Source: the human T2T-CHM13v2.0 reference genome, Homo sapiens. Taken from it: 64,000 nt of DNA. The translations under genes and the position numbers were made by a program. Location: NCBI RefSeq assembly GCF_009914755.1, contig NC_060944.1, one strand, 5' to 3'. Shown one piece after another: positions 42,614 through 55,400 of this stretch (position 1 is its first letter; every line of letters begins with the position of its first letter). The notes beneath the pieces were generated by a model, which was not told the DNA's origin, ran no database searches, and worked only from the letters and a program-made list of their open reading frames with translations.

Positions 42614-45600
42614 TTAATTAACCCGATTGGAATGGAGTGGAATGGAATGGAATGGAAAGAAGCCGATTGGAATGCAGTGGACTGAAAAGGAATGGAATTG
42701 AAAGGGATGGAATGGAATGGAATGGAATGCAATGGAATGGAATGGAATGGAATGGAATCAACCCGAGTGGAATGGAATAGAATGGAATGGAATGCAATCA
42801 ACCCAAGTGGAATGGAAAGGAGTGGAATGGAATCGAATGGAATGGATTGGAATGGAATGGAATCGAATGCAATCGAATGGAATAGCATGGAAAGTAATGG
42901 AATGCAATGGAAAGGAATCAAGCCAGGTGGAATCGAAAGGAATGGAATGGAATTGAATGCAATGGAATTGAATGGAATCAAGCCGAGTGGAATGTAATGG
43001 CATGGAATGGAGTGGAATGGAATGGAAAGGAATGGAATGGATTCAACGCGATTGGAAAGGAATGGAATGGAATGGAATGGAATCAACCCGAGTGGAATGG
43101 AGTGCAACGGAATGGAATGAAATGGAATGGAATGGAATGGAATGGAATGGAATGGAATGGAATGGAATGGAATGGAATGGAATGGAATGGAATGGAATCA
43201 ACGTGATTGTAAAGGAATGAAATGAAATGGAATGGAATGGAATGCAATTGAATCAACTCGATTGGAAAGGAATGGTTGGAATGGAAATGAAAGGAATGGA
43301 ATGGAATGAAATCAACCCGAATGGAATGGAATGGAATGGAATTTTATGGAATGGAATGGAATGGAATGGAATGGAATGGAATGGAATGGAATCACCCAGA
43401 GTATAATTGAATGGAATGGAATGGAATGGAATGGAATGGAATGGAATGGAATGGAAGGGAATGGAATGGAATGGATTCAAACCAAATGGAATGGAATGGA
43501 ATGGATTGGAATGCAATGGAATTGAATGGAATAAACTGAAGTGGAATGGTATAGAATGGAATGGAATGGATTGGAATGCAATGGAATGGGAAGGAATGGA
43601 ATCAACTAGAATGGAAAGGAATGGAATGCAATGGAATGCAGTGGAATGGAATGGAATGGAATCAACCCCTGTGGAATGTAATGCAAAGGAATGGAAAGGA
43701 ATGGAATGGAATAAACAAAAGTGGAATGGAAGGGAATGGAATAGAATGGAATGGAATGGAATGGAAAGCAATGGAGTCAACCCGAATGGAATCGAATGGA
43801 ATGGAATGCAAAGGAATGGAATGGAATGGAATGGAATGGACTGGAATGGGATGGAATGGAATGAAACCGAGTGGAGTGGAATGGAATTGAATGAAATGGA
43901 ATGGAATAAACTGCAAATGAAAGGAATGGAATGGAATGGAATGGAAACAACCAGAGTGGAATGGAATTGAATGGAATGGAATGGAATGGAATCAACCCGA
44001 GTGGAATGGAATTGAATCGAATGGAATGGAATGGAATCAACCAGAGTGGAATGGAATTGAATGGAATGGAATGGAATTATCCCGAGTGAAATGGAATGGA
44101 AAGGAATGGAATGGAATTTAATGGAATGGAATTGAATGGAATCAACCTGAGTGGACTGAAATGAAATGGAGTGGAATGGAAAGCAATGGAATTGAATGGA
44201 ATCACCCAGAGTTGAATGGAATTGAATGGAATGGAATCAACCCAAATGGAATGTAATGAAATGGAATTGAATGGAATTACCCCGAGTGAAATGGCATGGA
44301 AAGGAACGGAATAGAATTTAATGGAATGGAATGGCATGCAATGGAATCAACCCGATTGGAATGGAATGGCATGAAATGGAATGCAATGCAATGGAATGGA
44401 ACCAATAAGAGTGAAATGGATTGGAATGGAATGGAATGGAATGAAAGGGAATGGAAACAACGCGAGTGGAATGGAATGGAATGGAATGCAACGGAATGGA
44501 ATGGAATGCAATGGAATGGAATGGAATACACCAGAGTGGAATGGAATAGAATGGAATGGAATGGAGTGGAATCAACCCCAGTGGAATGGAACGGAACGGA
44601 ATGGAATGGAATGGAATGGAATGGAATGGAATGGAATGCAATGGAATGGAATGGAATGGATTGGAATCAAACCGAGTGGAATGGAATGGAATGGAAAGGA
44701 ATGGAATGGAATGAAATCAACCCGAGTGGAATGGAATGGAATGGAATGGAATGGGATGGAATAGAATGAAATGACGGGGATTGGAATCAATCTGAGTGGA
44801 ATGGAAAGGAATAGAAAGGAATGGAATTGAAGAGAATGGAATGGAATGGAATGGAATGGAACGGAATTGAAAGGAATCAACCAGAATGGAATTGACTGTA
44901 CCGGACGGGAATGGAATGGAATGGAATGGAATGGAATGGAATGGAATGGAGAGGAATGGATTGGAGTGGAATGGAATGGAATGGAATGGAATGGAATGGA
45001 ATGGAATGGTATTAATACAAGTGTAATTGAATGGAATGGAATGGAATGGAATGGAATGGAGAGGAATGGAATGGAATTGATTTGAATGCAATGGAATCAC
45101 CTGAAATCGAATGGAATGGAATGGAATCAACTAGAATGGAAAGGAATGGAATGGAATGGAATGCAGTTGAATGGAATGGAATGGAATCAACCCGTGTGGA
45201 ATGTAATGCAAAGGAATGGAATGGAATGGAATGGAATGGAATCATCAAAAGTGGAATGGAAGGGAATGGAATAGAATGGAATTGAATGGAATGGAATGGA
45301 AAACAATGGAGTCAACCCGAATGGAATCGAATGTAATGAAATGCAATGGAATGGAATGGAATGCAATGGAATGGAATGGAATTGAATGGAATGGGATAGG
45401 ATGGAATGGAATGGAATCAACCAGAGTGGAATAGAATTGAATGGAATGGAATGGAATGGAATCAACCCGAGTGGAATGGAATTGAATCGAATGGAATGGA
45501 ATGGAATGGAATGGAATGGAATGGAATCAACCAGAGTGGAATGGAATTGAATGGAATGGAATGGAATGGAATCAACCCGAGTGGAATGGAATTGAATCGA

Positions 45601-48600
45601 ATGGAATGGAATGGAATGGAGTGGAATGGAATGGAATCAACCAGAGTGGAATGGAATTGAATGGAATGGAATGGAATGGAATCAACCCGAGTGGAATGGA
45701 ATTAAATGGAATGGAATGGAATGGAATCAACCCGAGTGGAATGGAATGGAATGGAATAGAATGGAATGGAATGGAAGGGAATGGAATGGAATTAACCCGA
45801 GTCAAATGGAATGGAAAGGAACGGAATGGAATTTAATGGAATGGAATGGAATGGAATCAACCTGAGTGGACTGGAATGAAATGGAGTGGAATGGAAAGCA
45901 ATGGATTTGAATGGAATCAGCCAGAGTTGAATGAAATTGAACGGAATGGAATGGAATGGAATCAACCCAAATGGAATGTAATGGAATGGAATTGAATGGA
46001 ATTACCCCGAGTGAAATGGCATGGAAAGGAACGGAATAGAAATTAATGGAATGAAATGGAATGGAATGGAATCAACATGAGTGGAATGGAATGGAATGAA
46101 ATGGAATGCAATGCAATGGAATGGAACCAATAAAAGTGGAATCGAATGGAATGAAAGGGAATGGAATCAACCCACGTGGAATGGAATGGAATGGAATGGA
46201 ATGGAATGGAATGGAATGGAATGGAATGGAATGGAATGGAATATACCAGAGTGGAATGGAATACAATGGAATGGAAGGGTGTGGAATCAACCACAGTGGA
46301 ATGGAATGAAATGGAATGGAATGGAAAAGAGTGGAATGGAATGGTATGGAATGGAATGGAATGGATTGGAAACAAACCGAGTGTAATGGAATGGAATGGA
46401 AAGGAATGGAATGGAATGAAATCAACCCGAGTGAAATGGAATGGAATGGAATGGGATGGAATAGAATGCAATGGACTGGATTGGAATCAATCTGAGTGGA
46501 ATGGAAAGGAATGCAAAGGAATGGGATTGAAGGGAATGGAATGGAATGGAATGGAATGGAATAAACCCGAGTAGAATGCAATGGAAGGGAATGGAATCGA
46601 ATGTAATGGAATGGCATTGAATGGAATCAACACGAGTGGAATGGAATGGAATGGAATGGATTGGAGTGGCACGGAATCAACCCCAGTGGAATGTAATGTA
46701 AAGGAATGGAATGGAATGGAGTAGAATGAACCCGAGTCGAATGGAATGGTATGGAATGAAACGGAATGGAATGGAATGGTATGGAATGGAATGGAATGGT
46801 ATTGAACGGAATGGAATGGAATGGAATAGAATCCAATCCAGTGTAAAGGAATGGAACGGAATGGAATGGAATGGAATGGAATGGAATGGAATGGAATGGA
46901 ATGGAATGGAAAGGAATGGACTCTAATGGAATAAATTGCAGTGGAATGGTATGGAATGCAAAGTAATATAATGAAAATGAGTGGAATCCACCAAAATGGA
47001 AAGGAAAGGAATGGAATGGAATGGAATGAATGGAATGGATTGGAAAGGAATCAACGCGAGTGGAATGGAAAGGAATGGAATGGAATGGAATGGAATGGAA
47101 TGGAATGGAATGGAATGGAATGGAATGGATTGGAATGGAATCACCCCGTGTGGAATGGAAAGAATGGAATGCAATGGAAAGCAATGGCATGGAATGGAAT
47201 GGAAAGGAACCGAATGGAATGGAATGGAATGGAATGGAATCAACCCTGGTGGAATGTAATGGAATGAAATGGAATGGAATGGAATGGAATGGAATGGAAT
47301 GGAATTGAATGGAATGAAATGGATTGGAATCAACCTGTGTGGAATGTAGTGCATTCGAATTGAATGGAATCAACAAGATAGGAATGGAATGAAATGGAAT
47401 GGAATTCAATGGAATGGAATGGAATGGAATGCAATGGAATCAACCCAAATGGAATGTAATGAAATGGAATTGAATGGAATTACCCCGAGTGAACTGGCAT
47501 GGAAAGGAACGGAATAGAATTTAATGGAATGGAATGGCATGCAATGGAATCAACACGAGTGCAATGGAATGCCATGAAATGGAATGCAATGCAATGGAAT
47601 GGAACCAATAAGAGTGGAATGGATTGGAATGGAGTGGAATGGAATGAAAGGGAATGGAATCAACCCGAGTGGAATGGAATGGAATGGAATGGAATGGAAT
47701 GGAATGGAATGGAATGGAATGGAAAGGAATGGCATGGAATGGAATGGAATGCAATGGAATGGAATACACCATAGTGGAATGGAATAGAATGGAATGGAAT
47801 GGAGTCGAATCAACCCCATTGGAATGGAATGGAATGGAATGGAATGGAAAGGAATGGAATGGAATGGGATGGAATGGGTTGGAATCAAACCGAGTGGAAT
47901 GGAATGGAATGCAATGGAATGGAAAGGAATGGAATGGAATGAAATAAACCCGAATGGAATGGAATGAAATGGAATGGAATGGAATGGAATGGAATGGAAT
48001 GGAATGGAATGGAATGGAATAGAATGGAATAGAGTGGATTGGAATCAATCTGAGTGAAATGGAAAGGAATGGAAAGGAATGGAATTGAAGAGAATTGAAT
48101 GGAATGGAACGGAATGGAATGGAATGGAATGGAATGGAATGCAATGCAATGGAATCAACCAGAGTGGAATTGAGTGTAATGGATCGAAATGGAATGGAAT
48201 GGAATGGAATAAACCTGAGTAGAATGCAATGGTAGGGAATGGAATCGAATGGAATGGAATGGCATTGAATGGAATCAACACGAGTGGAATGGAATGGAAT
48301 GGATTGGATTGGAAAGTTATGGAATCAACCCGAATGGAATGTAATGGAAAGGAATGGAAAGGAATGCAGTGTAATTAACCCGAGTGGAATGGAATGGTAT
48401 GGAGTGAAATGGAACGGAATGGAATGGTATGCAATGGAATGGAATGAAAAGGAAAGGAAAGCAATGGAATCAAAACGAGTGGAATGGAATGGAATGTAAA
48501 GAAATGAAGTGGAATTCAATAGAATCAACACGAGTGGAATGAAATGGAAAGGAATTTAACGGAATGGAATGGAATGGAATGGAATCCAATCCAATGTAAA

Positions 48601-49290
48601 GGAATGGAATGGAACGGAATAGAATGGAATGGAATGGAATGGAATGGAAAAAATTCGAGTGGAATGGAATGGAATGCAAAGTAATATAATGAAAATGAAT
48701 GGAATCCACCCGAATGGAAAGGAAAGGAATGGAATGGAATGGAATGGAATGGAATGGAATGGAATGGTATGGAGAGGAATGGAATTTAATGGAATGGAGA
48801 GGAATGGAATGGAATTGAATGGAATGGAATGCAAAGGAACGGAAAGGAATGGAATGGAATGGAATTGAATGGAGTCAACGCAAGTGTAATTGAATGGAAT
48901 GGAATGGAATGGAATGGAATGGAATGGAATGGAATGGAATTGATTTGAATGGAATGGAATCAACTGGAATGGAATGCAATGGAATGGAATGGAATGGAAT
49001 GGAATCAAATAGAATAGAAACGAATGGAATGGAATGGAATGCAGTGGAATGGAATGGAATGGAATCAACCCGTGTGGAATGTAAGGCAAAGGAATGGAAT
49101 GGAATGGAATGGAATCAACGAAATTGGAAGGGAAGGGAATGGAATAGAATGGAATGGAATGGAATGGAATCTACAAAAGTGGAATGGAATGGAATGGAAT
49201 ACAATGGAATGGAATGGAATGGAATGGAATGGAATGGAATAAACCGGAGTGGAATGGAATGGAATGGAATGCAATGGATTCAATTGGAAC
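42614..49290 (+). repeat. Single full-length higher-order unit, expanded to 6.68 kb
   Basis: TTAATTAA spacing is 6677. The unit contains all long-unit blocks (CATCAAAAG ~45243, CCCACGTGG ~46171, GGACTCTAATGG ~46918). It also has an extra CAACCAGAG/CAACCCGAG pair (45418-45690) and the ~100 bp CAAACCGAG segment (~44660). Confidence 0.92.
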
Positions 49291-52200
49291 TTAATTAACC
49301 CGATTGGAATGGAGTGGAATGGAATGGAATGGAAAGAAGCCGATTGGAATGCAGTGGACTGAAAGGGAATGGAATTGAAAGGGATGGAATTGAATGGAAT
49401 GGAATGCAATGGAATGGAATGGAATGGAATGGAATCAACCCGAGTGGAATGGAATAGAATGGAATGGAATGCAATCAACCCAAGTGGAATGGAAAGGAGT
49501 GGAATGGAATCGAATGGAATGGATTGGAATGGAATGGAATCGAATGCAATCGAATGGAATAGCATGGAAAGTAATGGAATGCAATGGAAAGGAATCAAGC
49601 CAGGTGGAATCGAAAGGAATGGAATGGAATTGAATGCAATGGAATTGAATGGAATCAAGCCGAGTGGAATGTAATGGCATGGAATGGAGTGGAATGGAAT
49701 GGAAAGGAATGGAATGGATTCAACGCGATTGGAAAGGAATGGAATGGAATGGAATGGAATCAACCCGAGTGGAATGGAGTGCAACGGAATGGAATGAAAT
49801 GGAATGGAATGGAATGGAATGGAATGGAATGGAATGGAATGGAATGGAATGGAATCAACGTGATTGTAAAGGAATGAAATGAAATGGAATGGAATGGAAT
49901 GCAATTGAATCAACTCGATTGGAAAGGAATGGTTGGAATGGAAATGAAAGGAATGGAATGGAATGAAATCAACCCGAATGGAATGGAATGGAATGGAATT
50001 TAATGGAATGGAATGGAATGGAATGGAATGGAATGGAATGGAATGGAATGGAATCACCCAGAGTATAATTGAATGGAATGGAATGGAATGGAATGGAATG
50101 GAATGGAATGGAAGGGAATGGAATGGAATGGAATCAAAACAAATGGAATGGAATGGAATGGATTGGAATGCAATGGAATTGAATGGAATAAACTGAAGTG
50201 GAATGGTATAGAATGGAATGGAATGGATTGGAATGCAATGGAATGGGAAGGAATGGAATCAACTAGAATGGAAAGGAATGGAATGGAATGGAATGCAGTG
50301 GAATGGAACGGAATGGAATCAACCCCTGTGGAATGTAATGCAAAGGAATGGAAAGGAATGGAATGGAATAAACAAAAGTGGAATGGAAGGGAATGGAATA
50401 GAATGGAATGGAATGGAATGGAAAGCAATGGAGTCAACCCGAATGGAATCGAATGGAATGGAATGCAAAGGAATGGAATGGAATGGAATGGAATGGAATG
50501 GACTGGAATGGGATGGAATGGAATGAAACCGAGTGGAGTGGAATGGAATTGAATGAAATGGAATGGAATAAACTGCAAATGAAAGGAATGGAATGGAATG
50601 TAATGGAAACAACCAGAGTGGAATGGAATTGAATGGAATGGAATGGAATGGAATCAACCCGAGTGGAATGGAATTGAATCGAATGGAATGGAATGGAATC
50701 AACCAGAGTGGAATGGAATTGAATGGAATGGAATGGAATTAACCCGAGTGAAATGGAATGGAAAGGAATGGAATGGAATTCAATGGAATGGAATGGAATG
50801 GAATGCAATGGAATCAACCCAAATGGAATGTAATGAAATGGAATTGAATGGAATTACCCCGAGTGAACTGGCATGGAAAGGAACGGAATAGAATTTAATG
50901 GAATGGAATGGCATGCAATGGAATCAACACGAGTGCAATGGAATGCCATGAAATGGAATGCAATGCAATGGAATGGAACCAATAAGAGTGGAATGGATTG
51001 GAATGGAGTGGAATGGAATGAAAAGGAATGGAATCAACCCGAGTGGAATGGAATGGAATGGAATGGAATGGAATGGAAAGGAATGGAATGGAATGGAATG
51101 GAATGCAATGGAATGGAATACACCATAGTGGAATGGAATAGAATGGAATGGAATGGAGTGGAATCAACCCCATTGAAATGGAATGGAATGGAATGGAATG
51201 GAATGGAATGGAATGGAATGGAATAGAGTGGATTGGAATCAATCTGAGTGGAATGGAAAGGAATGGAAAGGAATGGAATTGAAGAGAATTGAATGGAATG
51301 GAACGGAATGGAATGGAATGGAATGGAATGGAATGGAATGCAATGCAATGGAATCAACCAGAGTGGAATTGAGTGTAATGGATCGAAATGGAATGGAATG
51401 GAATGGAATAAACGTGAGTAGAATGCAATGGTAGGGAATGGAATCGAATGGAATGGAATGGCATTGAATGGAATCAACACGAGTGGAATGGAATGGAATG
51501 GATTGGATTGGAAAGTTATGGAATCAACCCGAATGGAATGTAATGGAAAGGAATGGAATGGAATGCAGTGTAATTAACCCGAGTGGAATGGAATGGTATG
51601 GAGTGAAATGGAACGGAATGGAATGGTATGGAATGGAATGGAATGAAAAGGAAAGGAAAGCAATGGAATCAAAACGAGTGGAATGGAATGGAATGTAAAG
51701 AAATGAAGTGGAATTCAATAGAATCAACACGAGTGGAATGAAATGGAAAGGAATTTAACGGAATGGAATGGAATGGAATGGAATCCAATCCAATGAAAAG
51801 GAATGGAATGGAACGGAATAGAATGGAATGGAATGGAATGGAATGGAATGGAAAAAATTCGAGTGGAATGGAATGGAATGCAAAGTAATATAATGAAAAT
51901 GAATGGAAACCACCCGAATGGAAAGGAAAGGAATGGAATGGAATGGAATGGAATGGAATGGAATGGAATGGAATGGAATGGAATGGTATGGAGAGGAATG
52001 GAATTTAATGGAATGGAGAGGAATGGAATGGAATTGAATGGAATGGAATGCAAAGGAACGGAAAGGAATGGAATGGAATGGAATTGAATGGAGTCAACGC
52101 AAGTGTAATTGAATGGAATGGAATGGAATGGAATGGAATGGAATGGAATGGAATTGATTTGAATGGAATGGAATCAACTGGAATGGAATGCAATGGAATG

Positions 52201-52484
52201 GAATGGAATGGAATGGAATCAAATAGAATAGAAACGAATGGAATGGAATGGAATGCAGTGGAATGGAATGGAATGGAATCAACCCGTGTGGAATGTAAGG
52301 CAAAGGAATGGAATGGAATGGAATGGAATCAACAAAATTGGAAGGGAAGGGAATGGAATAGAATGGAATGGAATGGAATGGAATCTACAAAAGTGGAATG
52401 GAATGGAATGGAATACAATGGAATGGAATGGAATAAACCGGAGTGGAATGGAATGGAATGGAATGCAATGGATTTGATTGGAAC
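49291..52484 (+). repeat. Single 3.19 kb deletion unit with private breakpoints
   Basis: TTAATTAA spacing is 3194. At ~50775-50790 the sequence jumps from the AACCCGAGTGAAATGG block to the GGAATTCAATGG...GTGAACTGGC block. A second, small deletion lies at ~51175-51222. Confidence 0.88.
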
Positions 52485-55400
52485 TTAATTAACCCGATTG
52501 GAATGGAGTGGAATGGAATGGAATGGAGAGAAGCCGATTGGAATGCAGTGGACTGAAAAGGAATGGAATTGAAAGGGATGGAATGGAATGGAATGGAATG
52601 GAATGCAATGGAATGGAATGGAATGGAATGGAATCAACCCGAGTGGAATGGAATAGAATGGAATGGAATGCAATCAACCCAAGTGGAATGGAAAGGACAG
52701 GAATGGAATCGAATGGAATGGATTGGAATGGAATGGAATCGAATGCAATCGAATGGAATAGCATGGAAAGTAATGGAATGCAATGGAAAGGAATCAAGCC
52801 AGGTGGAATCGAAAGGAATGGAATGGAATTGAATGCAATGGAATTGAATGGAATCAAGCCGAGTGGAATGTAATGGCATGGAATGGAGTGGAATGGAATG
52901 GAAAGGAATGGAATGGATTCAACGCGATTGGAAAGGAATGGAATGGAATGGAATGGAATGAACCCGAGTGGAATGGAGTGCAACGGAATGGAATGAAATG
53001 GAATGGAATGGAATGGAATGGAATGGAATCAACGTGATTGTAAAGGAATGAAATGAAATGGAATGGAATGGAATGCAATTGAATCAACTCGTTTGGAAAG
53101 GAATGGTTGGAATGGAAATGAAAGGAATGGAATGGAATGAAATCAACCCGAATGGAATGGAATGGAATGGAATGGAATGGAATGGAATGGAATGGAATGG
53201 AATGGAATGGAATGGAATGGAATGGAATCACCCAGAGTATAATTGAATGGAATGGAATGGAATGGAATGGAATGGAATGGAATGGAAGGGAATGGAATGG
53301 AATGGATTCAAACCAAATGGAATGGAATGGAATGGATTGGAATGCAATGGAATTGAATGGAATAAACTGAAGTGGAATGGTATAGAATGGAATGGAATGG
53401 ATTGGAATGCAATGGAATGGGAAGGAATGGAATCAACTAGAATGGAAAGGAATGGAATGGAATGGAATGCAGTGGAATGGAATGGAATGGAATCAACCCC
53501 TGTGGAATGTAATGCAAAGGAATGGAAAGGAATGGAATGGAATAAACAAAAGTGGAATGGAAGGGAATGGAATAGAATGGAATGGAATGGAATGGAAAGC
53601 AATGGAGTCAACCCGAATGGAATCGAATGGAATGGAATGCAAAGGAATGGAATGGAATGGAATGGAATGGACTGGAATGGGATGGAATGGAATGAAACCG
53701 AGTGGAGTGGAATGGAATTGAATGAAATGGAATGGAATAAACTGCAAATGAAAGGAATGGAATGGAATGTAATGGAAACAACCAGAGTGGAATGGAATTG
53801 AATGGAATGGAATGGAATGGAATCAACCCGAGTGGAATGGAATTGAATCGAATGGAATGGAATGGAATCAACCAGAGTGGAATGGAATTGAATGGAATGG
53901 AATGGAATTAACCCGAGTGAAATGGAATGGAAAGGAATGGAATGGAATTTAATGGAATGGAATTGAATGGAATCAACCTGAGTGGACTGAAATGAAATGG
54001 AGTGGAATGGAAAGCAATGGAATTGAATGGAATCACCCAGAGTTGAATGGAATTGAATGGAATGGAATCAACCCAAATGGAATGTAATGAAATGGAATTG
54101 AATGGAATTACCCCGAGTGAAATGGCATGGAAAGGAACGGAATAGAATTTAATGGAATGGAATGGCATGCAATGGAATCAACCCGATCGGAATGGAATGG
54201 CATGAAATGGAATGCAATGCAATGGAATGGAACCAATAAGAGTGAAATGGATTGGAATGGAATGGAATGGAATGAAAGGGAATGGAAACAACGCGAGTGG
54301 AATGGAATGGAATGGAATGCAACGGAATGGAATGGAATGCAATGGAATGGAATGGAATACACCAGAGTGGAATGGAATAGAATGGAATGGAATGGAGTGG
54401 AATCAACCCCAGTGGAATGGAACGGAATGGAATGGAATGGAATGGAATGGAATGGAATGGAATGCAATGGAATGGAATGGAATGGATTGGAATCAAACCG
54501 AGTGTAATGGAATGGAATGGAAAGGAATGGAATGGAATGAAATCAACCCGAGTGGAATGGAATGGAATGGAATGGGATGGAATAGAATGAAATGACGTGG
54601 ATTGGAATCAATCTGAGTGGAATGGAAAGGAATAGAAAGGAATGGAATTGAAGAGAATGGAATGGAATGGAATGGAAAGGAACGGAATTTAAAGGAATCA
54701 ACCAGAATGGAATTGACTGTAACGGACGGGAATGGAATGGAATGGAATGGAATGGAATGGAATGGAATGGAATGGAATAGAGTGGATTGGAATCAATCTG
54801 AGTGGAATGGAAAGGAATGGAAAGGAATGGAATTGAAGAGAATTGAATGGAATGGAACGGAATGGAATGGAATGGAATGGAATGCAATGGAATGCAATGG
54901 AATCAACCAGAGTGGAATTGAGTGTAATGGATCGAAATGGAATGGAATGGAATGGAATAAACCTGAGTAGAATGCAATGGTAGGGAATGGAATCGAATGG
55001 AATGGAATGGCATTGAATGGAATCAACACGAGTGGAATGGAATGGAATGGATTGGATTGGAAAGTTATGGAATCAACCCGAATGGAATGTAATGGAAAGG
55101 AATGGAATGGAATGCAGTGTAATTAACCCGAGTGGAATGGAATGGTATGGAGTGAAATGGAACGGAATGGAATGGTATGGAATGGAATGGAATGAAAAGG
55201 AAAGGAAAGCAATGGAATCAAAACGAGTGGAATGGAATGGAATGTAAAGAAATGAAGTGGAATTCAATAGAATCAACACGAGTGGAATGAAATGGAAAGG
55301 AATTTAACGGAATGGAATGGAATGGAATGGAATCCAATCCAATGAAAAGGAATGGAATGGAACGGAATAGAATGGAATGGAATGGAATGGAATGGAAAAA

